Source of the DNA: an uncultured Pseudomonadales bacterium
GTDB taxonomy: Bacteria; Patescibacteriota; Microgenomatia; UBA1400; PJMF01
Reading direction: 5' to 3'
Length of the DNA stretch: 64,000 nt
Assembly: GCA_964556485.1 (NCBI GenBank)
Contig: CAZKVV010000001.1
Coordinates: forward strand, 84,551-148,550
The notes under the pieces were generated by a model, which had not been told where the DNA came from, made no database searches, and saw only the letters and a list, made by a program, of their open reading frames with translations. Shown one piece after another: positions 27,901-36,774 of this stretch (the stretch's first letter is position 1; each line of letters starts with the position of its first letter). Made by a program: the position numbers and the translations under genes.

Positions 27901-30628
27901 GGAGGAAATTTCACCACAACTGTGCACCAAAAAAAGAATTGAAAATAGTGCAGCGATAACTCCAGAGGGTGCGGTTAAGTTTAATTTTAACCAGTATTAT
28001 ATTGGTCATCAGTATGAAATGGGCAGTTATGTTGTGGATGGGATCATAGCTCAAGAAGCACTAGCATCATTTATTTTTGCAAAAAAACTGACACATCCAG
28101 ATCATCAGCGGAATCTAGAGGTTATTGCCGAAGCACATTCGGTGTTACTCAGATCAAAGCAGGTTCGAGTTCTCGAGACGCTAGTTGAAGATTGGTATAA
28201 GAGCAAGTTCAAAGGTTTATCGACAGTAGCGGAAATTGAAAACGTTTCGCTTGCGCTCACGCCAGAAATACTCACTGAATTGCTTGGACTCGACTATGCG
28301 AAACTCAAGGCAGAAGTTGAGGCAACTATTCCAGATGAGGTTACAATTAGGGGGGTACAGTATTCAGTAACGTATCGACTTGGCGGCGGCAAGTTTTTTC
28401 AGGATCTTTCCTTGCCAAATACCGTCGCAGCTGAGTTGCTGTTGCATGATTTACCAAATTCTCCACAAGGTTTTGAGCGAACAATTGTTGTTTCCTTTGA
28501 ATCAGGTGCTTCAACAACAAGACGAGTGGTGACGACTGAAGAAAATTTGAAAGAGTTGCAGCAAGAAGTTGAAAAAAAACGAAAAGAATTGGTTTGGCAG
28601 CAATTCATTTCTGCAAATTCAGCGCACTTGAGAAAAACTTATTTCGATTCTGGATATTTTTGGCACGAATCTGCCTCTCAAGATAGAAAAAAAATTATTG
28701 TTGCAGATGGAGATCCTTTACCGCTTGAGGTATTACCAACACAAGCTATATGGGACGAGCAAACTGGTTCACAATGTTACTACTATTTTGAAAGGGATCC
28801 ATATTCATCACTCACTGGATCGAAAGCGTATAACATTAGAGTGTTTAACAATGAGGAAGAGTATTTGGAACGGAAGGCGACAATCAACTCTGAGAGAGAA
28901 GAATTGCTCAGAGAGAAGCAACGAAAAGTGGATGCAGTTCGATTTGAAATGGAAACAAAAGCAATGGTTGCTAGTGCTGATGCCATGCTGAAATCTTTCG
29001 ATCTTAGCCAGCACCTACGATATGGTTTGACAGCAAGGCAGGTGGAGAGCGGCTACTATGCTGACGATGTCGTCAGTTTATTTGCAAGACTACTGGCTGT
29101 GAAAAAAAGTATTGGTTGGTTTAATGGATATTCTGGAACTCCAGATTGGAAAGAAGCCCGACGGTTGATGCTCCAGCTAAATGCAGAACTTACAGAAGCT
29201 CAGGAAAAATATGATTCTCCAGATATAAATGCAAAAACTACGGCTGCATTTATGGGAGAAGAAGCACTTTTCAACTCAGAAGGTTTCACAATTCCGCAAA
29301 AGATTGGCAAGTTGAATGGGGAAATCAATCTTGGCATGCGCCGTTCTCAAGAAAACAATCGTTGGTATTTGGTCATGTCAGATGATGATGGTATTTGGTC
29401 AAACTATAAAGGTGCCTATTCGAGTAGATTCTCAGGAGGATATGAGAGCCAAGGATTATTGCTTCGGGCTGTGAAAGCGCAATTTGCTGAATATGGATAT
29501 TCTTTTGTTCCAGTTGAAAATCTAGCAGTTGCAGAGGTGAGTCCCGAAGCACTGAGAGATTCGCGATTTAGAGACTTGATTTTTCGTCAGTCCGAACATG
29601 AGGGTGTGTTTACTGGGTATCGCTATGTTGATACTCAAGGACCATGGGAGCTGGTATACATGAAAAAAACTGCTGGGACTGAGGGGTGGGAATTGCACTG
29701 TCTTGACTTAGAAACAGGTGAAATTCAAGGTCCTAAGGTTTTTAATGACTCAAGGCAGTTTCGATTTGTGGAGAATTTGAGTGATATTGGTGGGCAAATG
29801 ACACGTCTTGGAGATAGGAGCTTTATAAATCGCACAGATGGTGGTATTACAAATAGTAGGTTTCAAAAGTTAGAAACACTTGAAAGCGGTCTCAAGAGAT
29901 TTATGGGTGGTACAGGTGGTTCAAGTAGGGTGCCGGCTGTATTCGCACCTGAAGTTCGTACTTCTACTAGGAAGCCTGAGCCTCAAAGAGCTCCTGCGGT
30001 TGTTCCACAGCCTGAACCTTTTGTATATCGTAGACCTCCAGATCGAGTCATTGACAGACAAGAGCTCGCCCCAATAGAAAAGGCAAAAATATATGCGTAT
30101 TTGCAAAGCAGCGAAGTGTCGTTGCGAGAAAATATTGCTAAGATTGAATCTGGGAAAGATAGTCAGTCTATTAGACAGACTCCAGAGTGGCGCTCGGCAT
30201 TTATTAAAGCAATGTTAAACCCCGATGGTCTAGCTGCAATTTTAGAGATGAGTTGGAGTTCTGATCTGCTAAAACAGACTACCGATATTTTGACTAAAGC
30301 TGTCAACAGTTGGATTAATGAGTATGAGAGTCGTAGAAATTTTGGTGAAAATTTAGATCAGAAATCATTAGATGAACTGCGAGTTGCCCAGGGTATTTTT
30401 GAGTATGTACAACCAATGCGCTCGTTTATTTCTAGAAATAGAGCAAATATTGCGGATTATGTTGGCGGTGATCGAGAATCAATTACAGCTTTTTATACGG
30501 GGCTTTTGCTGTATTCACAAACAAATGGAGTTGCGGTACTCCATAACAAAACAGTAGTAGATGAGAAAAACAAAAGGAGTGATGAACAGATTATCGAAGA
30601 AGTATTAGATTCAATTCCAATCATCTGA
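24956..30628 (+). CDS. giant DEAH-box (HrpA/HrpB-like, DExH) helicase fusion protein, 1890 aa
   Basis: The N-terminal ~700 aa carry helicase motifs: AETGVGKTS (motif I), VDEAHERSINIDLLL (DEAH, motif II), TSATID (motif III), a helicase-C region (LVFLPGKEEI...), and an HA2/ratchet-like segment (LQQINALDDEGRITSFGRELLRFSIAPEQAKAL). The C-terminal ~1200 aa have no recognisable family. Confidence 0.8.
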   Translation: MQQEERETTKKPESKHGGREPYIWKDGVARVERPMDMYLKEVLDKLSQKQVVVVQAETGVGKTSRIPQAIMDSQPNTKIYMTQPRRYAVRMNAGYIAREKKQRLGQDVDFTLRGVPGENSQDKKASRDAKLEVMIDETLVNRILREKKLPDGVIIVDEAHERSINIDLLLLLIRTYLPNSPNTKILITSATIDTQKFKGYFKYSPEELTAYSGKESELDFAAEPVIALNEKLFRVETEMIHLNSGEHHTTKAIETAVEVFKQFVVGKTEAGLKDRVLAEEERIYREKGFISFSVLPVPQPLTIPPEQEGDARIPVADGTVLVFLPGKEEIAEGVRVLKEYARKIGCSEYVECLSMYRGVDDAERNAIEAPIVPGKLRVIFTTEILKSSVTPTKTVVVIDSFQVKRDVENEHGVSVLRKVSQSGAESEQAKGRGGRTNTTVYKPVVGGIDEVLSMQEESGDYWPQPAILREGIISVTLKMAAAGLDIKTAKLLDRPNQKNVDRAVIRLQQINALDDEGRITSFGRELLRFSIAPEQAKALFEGEKQGVLPESMIALAVASEEGIFSLPPRGMRELICSEVDLQSGLERYLATKWLREIHYSFSGIAQDSGELQEKFQAIQREKWGEVRLAFKDSYLNSARYPVYINTLEAKNLWQHVEQTRIYDGRQMIDGLLLDYVRELVFDKLSSSSITIPTTQESLHADLMKIKATINVKLTQFGGAPLEMRFNPTVLSELTFPLGYGIVRSEVIKQALQFRVENEDDILLDVFNIRYDQGFFRVKSSENDSSIPNDFFSTILCPDCKVRNRDSDLDEHDYRKQIYEKRWLQFALDQDGQQTNSDFVASVNAFRAYKQAKRQMSDNQLWLWCQANGLNLKKMQQVDTRLSYLIDEVEKSRLSLSENVSSRRAFSSDALTKAMLAGLAANVCFGQSGPVAPLISASKESALNGKAPYYIFGGIRKSEIKPRKLEHHLHFASLCAPIKLEWLEEISPQLCTKKRIENSAAITPEGAVKFNFNQYYIGHQYEMGSYVVDGIIAQEALASFIFAKKLTHPDHQRNLEVIAEAHSVLLRSKQVRVLETLVEDWYKSKFKGLSTVAEIENVSLALTPEILTELLGLDYAKLKAEVEATIPDEVTIRGVQYSVTYRLGGGKFFQDLSLPNTVAAELLLHDLPNSPQGFERTIVVSFESGASTTRRVVTTEENLKELQQEVEKKRKELVWQQFISANSAHLRKTYFDSGYFWHESASQDRKKIIVADGDPLPLEVLPTQAIWDEQTGSQCYYYFERDPYSSLTGSKAYNIRVFNNEEEYLERKATINSEREELLREKQRKVDAVRFEMETKAMVASADAMLKSFDLSQHLRYGLTARQVESGYYADDVVSLFARLLAVKKSIGWFNGYSGTPDWKEARRLMLQLNAELTEAQEKYDSPDINAKTTAAFMGEEALFNSEGFTIPQKIGKLNGEINLGMRRSQENNRWYLVMSDDDGIWSNYKGAYSSRFSGGYESQGLLLRAVKAQFAEYGYSFVPVENLAVAEVSPEALRDSRFRDLIFRQSEHEGVFTGYRYVDTQGPWELVYMKKTAGTEGWELHCLDLETGEIQGPKVFNDSRQFRFVENLSDIGGQMTRLGDRSFINRTDGGITNSRFQKLETLESGLKRFMGGTGGSSRVPAVFAPEVRTSTRKPEPQRAPAVVPQPEPFVYRRPPDRVIDRQELAPIEKAKIYAYLQSSEVSLRENIAKIESGKDSQSIRQTPEWRSAFIKAMLNPDGLAAILEMSWSSDLLKQTTDILTKAVNSWINEYESRRNFGENLDQKSLDELRVAQGIFEYVQPMRSFISRNRANIADYVGGDRESITAFYTGLLLYSQTNGVAVLHNKTVVDEKNKRSDEQIIEEVLDSIPII

Positions 30629-30632
30629 TAAT

Positions 30633-30644
30633 CTGTGATATAAT
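30633..30644 (+). promoter_or_regulatory. extended -10 promoter element (TGTGATATAAT) upstream of rpsF
   Basis: TGn-TATAAT-type element 105 nt upstream of rpsF; no clear -35. Confidence 0.35.
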
Positions 30645-30749
30645 CACCAGGCTTGTAGCATTGCTACGAGCACAGTAATAACTACTGTTTTGCTTACACT
30701 GTACAGACGCAGTGTCCCACAGCTCTAAAGCAAAACCAGAAAGGGCAGT

Positions 30750-31115
30750 ATGAAGATCGTTTCAGAGAAGCGCGTTCGTTCTTACGAACTCACCTTCTTA
30801 GTTCCAGCTTCGCTCACCTCGGATAAAATTTCCGGGACTGTAGTCGAAGTGCTAGAACTAGTGAAGAAACATAAACTCACTGTTACTACACAAGAAGATT
30901 GGGGCAAGAAAGATCTTGCATATCCAATTCGTTTCCAAAGTAGTAATGAACGCGAGGCTATGTATACACACATAGTTTTTGAAGCAGAAGCTTCCAAAGT
31001 GCAAGCTTTCGAGCGCGACCTCTACCTTAACCAAAATGTGATTCGTCACTTATTGGTGTTGGCAGAAGCTCCTGGCACTGAACTCGGAGATTTGCAAGAA
31101 CAAAAAGAAGAATAA
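30750..31115 (+). CDS. rpsF: 30S ribosomal protein S6
   Basis: YELTFLV...EDWGKKDLAYPI matches S6; conserved rpsF-ssb-rpsR gene order. Confidence 0.85.
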   Translation: MKIVSEKRVRSYELTFLVPASLTSDKISGTVVEVLELVKKHKLTVTTQEDWGKKDLAYPIRFQSSNEREAMYTHIVFEAEASKVQAFERDLYLNQNVIRHLLVLAEAPGTELGDLQEQKEE

Positions 31116-31227
31116 TACACGTAGAAAAACAGCAAGAATGGCGCTGAATCTACCTCTTTAGAATTCTACGGTTTGTGTAAGAATGGAACGTATACTAAGG
31201 TGAAGTATTGAGGTATGAAAGGAAGCT

Positions 31228-31695
31228 ATGTCGGTTCGCTCATTAAACAAAGTGTTGCTCATTGGAAATCTTACTAGAGATCCAAATTTACGCTACACAC
31301 CAAACAATACGGCAGTCTGTTCATTTGGTATTGCTACCAATAGAACCTGGACTCCGAATGAAGGTGGTGAAAAGCAAGAAAGAGTAGAGTACCACAACAT
31401 CGTTGCTTGGTCTAAACTCGCAGATATCTGTGGTCAGCTCCTTCACAAAGGCGACAAAGTCTATGTTGAAGGCAGAATGCAAACCAGAGATTGGAAGGGC
31501 GAAGACGGCCAAGAGCGCAAAACCACAGAAGTGGTTATCGACAACATGATTTTGCTAAGATCATCAAATGGTGCGTCTCAACAAGATTATGATGATGACG
31601 ATATTGGAGCTCCAAGCAGATCGAGAGATGCAGAAGTGCAGATGCCAGCAGAAGTTTCTGAAGCAGAAGACATTGCAGACGATGTGCCATTCTAG
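31228..31695 (+). CDS. ssb: single-stranded DNA-binding protein
   Basis: OB-fold N-terminus (NKVLLIGNLTRDPNLRYTPNN...), acidic C-terminal tail ending DDVPF. Confidence 0.9.
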   Translation: MSVRSLNKVLLIGNLTRDPNLRYTPNNTAVCSFGIATNRTWTPNEGGEKQERVEYHNIVAWSKLADICGQLLHKGDKVYVEGRMQTRDWKGEDGQERKTTEVVIDNMILLRSSNGASQQDYDDDDIGAPSRSRDAEVQMPAEVSEAEDIADDVPF

Positions 31696-31731
31696 ACAGA
31701 AAGGTATGTCACTTAAGGTGACAAGAAATAT

Positions 31732-31959
31732 ATGAAGAAAAAGAAAATCAAACGACTAAGACGCAAACCAATGCATATTAGTTCAAAGGTAACATTCTCT
31801 TACAAGAATATTCCTGTGCTCAAGAAATTTGTGAGTGAGCAAGGATCAATTTTCTCTAGAGAAGAAACCGGTTTAAGTCAAAAACAGCAAAGACAGTTGG
31901 CAACCTCTATCAAAAGAGCTCGCCACTTGGCAATGTTGCCTTTCACTCAAGTTATGTAG
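31732..31959 (+). CDS. rpsR: 30S ribosomal protein S18
   Basis: FSYKNIPVLKKFVSEQGSIFSREETGLSQKQQRQLATSIKRARHLAMLPF matches S18. Confidence 0.85.
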   Translation: MKKKKIKRLRRKPMHISSKVTFSYKNIPVLKKFVSEQGSIFSREETGLSQKQQRQLATSIKRARHLAMLPFTQVM

Positions 31960-31988
31960 TGATTGGTGATTTAGTACATAAGAAACAA

Positions 31989-32020
31989 GGGACTCCCGCC
32001 GTAAGGCGGGAGTCTTGGTT
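31989..32020 (+). terminator. intrinsic terminator after the rpsF-ssb-rpsR operon
   Basis: GACTCCCGCC-GTAA-GGCGGGAGTC 10-bp stem followed by TTGGTTT. Confidence 0.7.
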
Positions 32021-32083
32021 TAGCGAGACTTTTAAGTAATCCATTTTATTTCGCCCCGTGACCAATGGTAAGACAATGGTAAA

Positions 32084-33355
32084 ATGAGAAGTCTTATGAA
32101 AGTAAAATCCACATCCCTCAGTAATCTCATCGTCGCAGGAGCACTTGTTATGGCTGGTGGTGTGTTTCAATATCAATTCAATCCAATTGGAAAGATTGTT
32201 TCCGCAAAAAGTGGCACCAACGCTGGTGATATTTCAGCAAGTAAGCTTTCTCAGTTAGTTAATGAAGATGCGCCAGCAAGCAAAAAGGATGTTGACTTCG
32301 GTGTTTTTTGGGAAGTATGGGGATTACTGGAAAAAGATTATATCGACCAGGAAAAAGTTCAGCCAGATGCTATGGTGCACGGGGCTATTGCGGGTATGAC
32401 CTCAGCGCTCGGTGATCCATACACCATGTATTTACCTCCAGATTTAAATGAAAAAAGTGCCCAAGAATTAGCAGGCAGTTTTTATGGAGTTGGTATTGAG
32501 TTGGGTTACATTGATGGTGTTTTAGCAGCAGTTGCTCCACTTGCCGGTACGCCAGCAGATATTGCAGGTGTTCGTGCAGGAGATCTAATTATAAAAGTGA
32601 AAGATGAAGCAAAAGGTTTGGATAAATCAACGGAAGGCTGGTCACTCAATGAAGCAGTTGAAGCCATTCGTGGTCCAAAAGATTCTCCAGTGATCCTAAG
32701 CTTAGTGAGAAAAGAAACTCCAGAACCATTTGATATTACCATTAAGCGTGGGGAGATTGTAGTTAAGTCTGCCGAAGTTACGTTTGTAGAGTATGCAGGC
32801 AAACGAGTGGCGCATGTTAAACTGTCTCGATTTGGTGAGCGTACTGTGGGTGAATGGGATGGAGTGGTCGCTCAAATTTTAGCAGAAAAAAATAAGATTG
32901 CCGGCATTGTTTTAGATGTTCGTAATAATCCAGGCGGACTATTTGATGATTCCTTAACTATCGCCAGTGATTTTATTGAAGATGGCGTGGTAGTTTCGCA
33001 AAAAAATACGACTGGTCAACAAGATTTCAAAGCAAAAGGTAAAGCTAGACTAGTCGGTATACCAGTTGAACTCTTGGTAAACAAGGGGAGTGCTTCAGCT
33101 TCAGAGATTGTTGCTGGCGCCCTACGAGATCAAATTGGTGCAAAGCTGATTGGTGAAAAAACATTTGGTAAGGGTACTGTGCAAGACAGAAGAGAACTCT
33201 CTAATGGAGGTGGAATTCATATCACTATTAGTCGCTGGTTGTTACCAAAAGGCGATTGGATTCATGACGAAGGTATTCCTGTAGATATTGAAGTTGAACA
33301 AGATTTTAACACTGAGGCAGATGAACAACTCAATAAAGCTATCGAAGTATTGTAA
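32084..33355 (+). CDS. carboxyl-terminal processing (S41, tail-specific) peptidase with PDZ domain
   Basis: N-terminal TM anchor, a PDZ-like segment (GVGIELGY...GDLIIKV), and the S41 catalytic region ...VNKGSASASEIVAGALRD...GEKTFGKGTVQ. Confidence 0.85.
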   Translation: MRSLMKVKSTSLSNLIVAGALVMAGGVFQYQFNPIGKIVSAKSGTNAGDISASKLSQLVNEDAPASKKDVDFGVFWEVWGLLEKDYIDQEKVQPDAMVHGAIAGMTSALGDPYTMYLPPDLNEKSAQELAGSFYGVGIELGYIDGVLAAVAPLAGTPADIAGVRAGDLIIKVKDEAKGLDKSTEGWSLNEAVEAIRGPKDSPVILSLVRKETPEPFDITIKRGEIVVKSAEVTFVEYAGKRVAHVKLSRFGERTVGEWDGVVAQILAEKNKIAGIVLDVRNNPGGLFDDSLTIASDFIEDGVVVSQKNTTGQQDFKAKGKARLVGIPVELLVNKGSASASEIVAGALRDQIGAKLIGEKTFGKGTVQDRRELSNGGGIHITISRWLLPKGDWIHDEGIPVDIEVEQDFNTEADEQLNKAIEVL

Positions 33356-33382
33356 AACACTGTCAAATTTTGTTACCATGCA

Positions 33383-33826
33383 ATGATGATTCATCCAGAT
33401 AAGGCAAGGCAAATTTTAGCGGAAACCAATCGTTTTCTTCCAGATTCAGAAATGAGCGAATTGCCTCCATTAATGGTGAGTGAGATGGTCCTAACTGCGG
33501 AGCGAATGGTTGAGCTCGGCCTCACTCAAGAACAACAAGAATTTTTATCGCAGTACGAGCCCATTTCCTTTAGTGTTTGGAGTGAAGCTCCTATACAGGG
33601 AGACTTTAGGCTTTCACAGTTCACCACAATTGGTTTAGCTGAAGGACTGATATCAAACCACGACGAGTGGGACAATCCTCACCAGTCACTAGTGAAAGCA
33701 ATGCAGAGACAGTGCAATAAATCACGTATCTTTAGGGCAGTAAACAAACCACTAGCTTTTTTTTGCGGTGAGTTGTCCTGGCTTTGGAGGTACTCGACTC
33801 AAAAATCCAGGACAGGCAACAGTTGA
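33383..33826 (+). CDS. hypothetical protein (147 aa); possibly the N-terminal part of a frameshifted gene
   Basis: ORF overlapping the next ORF by 59 nt. A T8 homopolymer at 33757-33764 sits where the next reading frame opens. Confidence 0.4.
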   Translation: MMIHPDKARQILAETNRFLPDSEMSELPPLMVSEMVLTAERMVELGLTQEQQEFLSQYEPISFSVWSEAPIQGDFRLSQFTTIGLAEGLISNHDEWDNPHQSLVKAMQRQCNKSRIFRAVNKPLAFFCGELSWLWRYSTQKSRTGNS

Positions 33827-35120
33827 CAGTGTCTCGAGCACAAGTTACTCAAAACTACTATCGATATGTAACTCGCTTTTTACACCTAAAGTCATAGTAG
33901 GTCACTCTGCTGGCGGCGAGGCATCACTACAGTATTCTTTTCAACAGCCAATTGAGGGTGAAAAGAAAGTGCCAGTCGTAGCATTACACCCAGCGGTTTC
34001 ACTTAAAAATCAGGGTATATTTAGGACGATATCTAATTTAGATGCCACAAATCGATTTTTTAGGCAATTGCTAGTGTTTACTCCGGTTGTAAGTGCGATA
34101 GAGAATCAAATACTCAGTTGGCTTGTTGGTGCTGATACAAAATCTGATGCAACAAAATGGCAGTTGGCACTACATAAAGATGAAGCTGAAAGAAACACAG
34201 TGGCCTATAGACTAAAAAACCGCGAACTCGAATTGCCAGATGATCCCGCAAGGTTCGAACAGTACAGCATGCAGCTGCTTCCCACGGTATTGTTAGGTGA
34301 GGCAGACAGACTAACCACTGAAATGAATGCTCGTTCTTTTCTTCCCGTTATCCGCCAGCTCCTGCTAGAGAGAATAGGAAAAGAGACATCGCTTATTGTT
34401 ACCTCAGAGGACCAATTAAAATTACTAGCTAAAACGGTAGGCACCAGCATTGTATCTGGAAATTGGGGACATGATGCGGTATTTTTTGACGAAGTGGCCC
34501 AAGAAGCTGCGGCGACACTTATAGTTAATCAGTTGGAAATGAGCTTGCTGAAAGATAGTTGGTATTTCCAAGAGCTTAAGAACATATGTGTGTTGCTTAG
34601 GCAACAAGGTTTTCCTTTAGAGTTTTGTTTGTATTCTGACATCCGTGAAGAACACGCAAACTTTGAAAAGAATATGGCCTTGTTGTTGGAGCATGTAAGG
34701 GATGATCAGGATTTTGTGAGACGTGTCTTTACTTCTGAAAAAGACAGTCTTAGATATGAGCTCGAGCAGCGATATATCATGGTTTCTTGGATGCAAGTTT
34801 TTCGTCAACTCATTGGTATGGCGGGAGTTGTAACTGAGAGGATCAATGGGGGTGGAGCCGATAGGACTGCGAAGGCTGAACTAGAACGTATGCTGGTAGA
34901 GATAGCAACCATGATGACAAAGTTTCCTTCTGTAGAGTTGTATCTTCATGCAATGGGTAAGGAGTATAAAAATGAGAATATAATCGAATCTATAGAGTTG
35001 CTATTAGAATTGCTCTTTAACCAAGAAGATGATCCAGAAAAACCAAAAACTATTCCTAGAGCTTTTTTCGAAAGTGAAAGCCAAAGGTTTTCTTTTAAAA
35101 ATGGTTTCGCGGCTTATTGA
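33768..35120 (+). CDS. hypothetical protein with an alpha/beta-hydrolase-like nucleophile elbow (GHSAGG); 450 aa
   Basis: GTG start directly after the T8 run. VIVGHSAGGEAS motif; no family confidently recognised. Confidence 0.45.
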   Translation: MSCPGFGGTRLKNPGQATVDSVSSTSYSKLLSICNSLFTPKVIVGHSAGGEASLQYSFQQPIEGEKKVPVVALHPAVSLKNQGIFRTISNLDATNRFFRQLLVFTPVVSAIENQILSWLVGADTKSDATKWQLALHKDEAERNTVAYRLKNRELELPDDPARFEQYSMQLLPTVLLGEADRLTTEMNARSFLPVIRQLLLERIGKETSLIVTSEDQLKLLAKTVGTSIVSGNWGHDAVFFDEVAQEAAATLIVNQLEMSLLKDSWYFQELKNICVLLRQQGFPLEFCLYSDIREEHANFEKNMALLLEHVRDDQDFVRRVFTSEKDSLRYELEQRYIMVSWMQVFRQLIGMAGVVTERINGGGADRTAKAELERMLVEIATMMTKFPSVELYLHAMGKEYKNENIIESIELLLELLFNQEDDPEKPKTIPRAFFESESQRFSFKNGFAAY

Positions 35121-35237
35121 AGCTGTAGTGCTGCCAGGATTTAAACTTAGAGTTACCACGGACGAATTTGCATCAAATGCAGGAAAAGTAAGAATCTCTC
35201 CTTCAGATCTTAACATTTTGTTAACTGTTCTAGCAGA

Positions 35238-36221
35238 TTAGTCTTCAGGGGAGGCATCAACTGTTTCGTCTGTTTGTGATGTTGTATCTTTGGCAAATGC
35301 TTGATGTAGCTCTTCAAGCATACTGCCCATGTATCCATCAAGGATAATCGGTAAATTGTGCCAAGATTGTTTGGTGCGGTGGTCAGTAATGCGATTTTGT
35401 GGGTAGTTATAGGTGCGAATTTTCTCGGCACGTTTAGCGCGGCCAATGACGCTTCGTGCGTTACCCAGAAGTTCTTGACGTTTTTCTTCTTCGATTTCCC
35501 ACAGCTGTGAGCGAAGTAAGTCTAGGGCAATCTTTCTATTTTGTTCCTGCTTTTTCTCTTGGCTACAGGTTGTTGTGATGCCTGTTGGAGTGTGAATAAG
35601 TCGCACGGCACTACTGGTTTTATTGACACTTTGGCCTCCAGCCCCACTTGCTCTCATAAACTGCCATTCCAAGTCTTCTTCTCGGATTACTACCGCATGC
35701 ACTGGAACTTCTGGTAGCACTGCTACAGATGCTGTCGAAGTATGAATACGTCCTTGCGCTTCTGTTTCTGGAACACGCTGCACCCTATGTACGCCAGATT
35801 CATATTTGAATAATTCATAAGCAGTGAAAGCTTCTTGGGTCTGGTGGGGATTTGTAACTATTTTTGTTCTTCCTTTAACCTTAAATACGAGGTCATCTAT
35901 GAACTCAATCTTTAGACTTGCTTGCTCGAGAAAACGCACATACATACGTTTTAGATCGTTCGCCCAAATTTTGGCCTCGTCACCACCGGCTCCAGGCCTA
36001 ATTTCAAAAGTGCAATTCACTTTTTCTGCTTCTTCTTCTGGCGAACCTTCAAGTGAGCTTGAATAGTCTAAAGCAATTTTTTCTAGTTCGTTAAGTTGGA
36101 TGGTGATTTGTTCCATTTCTGACTGCGCAAGTTCTGAAAAGTCGGGATCCTGCAACAATGCTTCGGCTTCTGCGCGCTTTTTTTGCAGTTCTTCGATTTG
36201 GGCTTGATATGGATTAAACAT
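35238..36221 (-). CDS. prfA: peptide chain release factor 1
   Basis: GGQ motif RASGAGGQSVNKTSSAVRLIHTPTGI and RF1-type codon-recognition region GVHRVQRVPETEAQGRIHTS (PET where PAT/PVT is usual). Start taken at MFNPYQAQIEEL (36221); the ORF track began 60 nt upstream. Confidence 0.85.
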   Translation of the reverse strand: MFNPYQAQIEELQKKRAEAEALLQDPDFSELAQSEMEQITIQLNELEKIALDYSSSLEGSPEEEAEKVNCTFEIRPGAGGDEAKIWANDLKRMYVRFLEQASLKIEFIDDLVFKVKGRTKIVTNPHQTQEAFTAYELFKYESGVHRVQRVPETEAQGRIHTSTASVAVLPEVPVHAVVIREEDLEWQFMRASGAGGQSVNKTSSAVRLIHTPTGITTTCSQEKKQEQNRKIALDLLRSQLWEIEEEKRQELLGNARSVIGRAKRAEKIRTYNYPQNRITDHRTKQSWHNLPIILDGYMGSMLEELHQAFAKDTTSQTDETVDASPED

Positions 36222-36295
36222 AGGTAGTTTCCGAGGTGGTTTTAGTATATCAGTACCACGCCGAACGCAGTGGAGGGACAAAATGAATTGGAAAG

Positions 36296-36634
36296 CTACT
36301 GTGCCTGGGTTTTGCCAGATTTCTTGAGTTCAAGTTGTTGAGCTCTGAGAATATCTTGGTATGACTTTGATTCTTCGTTAGAATCATCATCCTTTTTAAC
36401 TTTTTTGCTGCTTTTTGCTGCTTTTTGGCTCTGAGCAACTTGCATTTTCTTGAGGAATTTATCGACACGACCTTGGCGGTCAACAAAGCGAAGTTCGCCG
36501 GTAAAGAATGGGTGACACTTACTGCAGATATCAACGGTGAGTGTTGGGTGTACTGAACCAACGGTAAATGAATTTCCGCAAGAACAAGTAATTAGCGCTT
36601 CTTGATGCCACGTGGGATGAATTCCAGTCTTCAT
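36296..36634 (-). CDS. rpmE: 50S ribosomal protein L31 (Zn-ribbon form) with a Lys-rich C-terminal extension
   Basis: MKTGIHPTWHQEALITCSCGNSFT...DICSKCHPFFTG; CxC...CxxC present. Confidence 0.85.
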   Translation of the reverse strand: MKTGIHPTWHQEALITCSCGNSFTVGSVHPTLTVDICSKCHPFFTGELRFVDRQGRVDKFLKKMQVAQSQKAAKSSKKVKKDDDSNEESKSYQDILRAQQLELKKSGKTQAQ

Positions 36635-36774
36635 AGACAGTTATTCTACCATGAAAATGGAGTGGGGCAAGAGTGGGATGTTATAATAGCCCTCGTTCTT
36701 TAACTATCGGCTTTTATCAGCGTTTTACGCTCATCTCTTCGAACAATTGTTCGAAATTCGAAAAAGGAGTAGGA

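Noticed and set aside
25824-30106. Numerous 60-100-aa antisense or out-of-frame ORFs inside the helicase gene and other long genes
   Set aside because: They are embedded in well-supported long CDS with conserved motifs; typical spurious ORFs.
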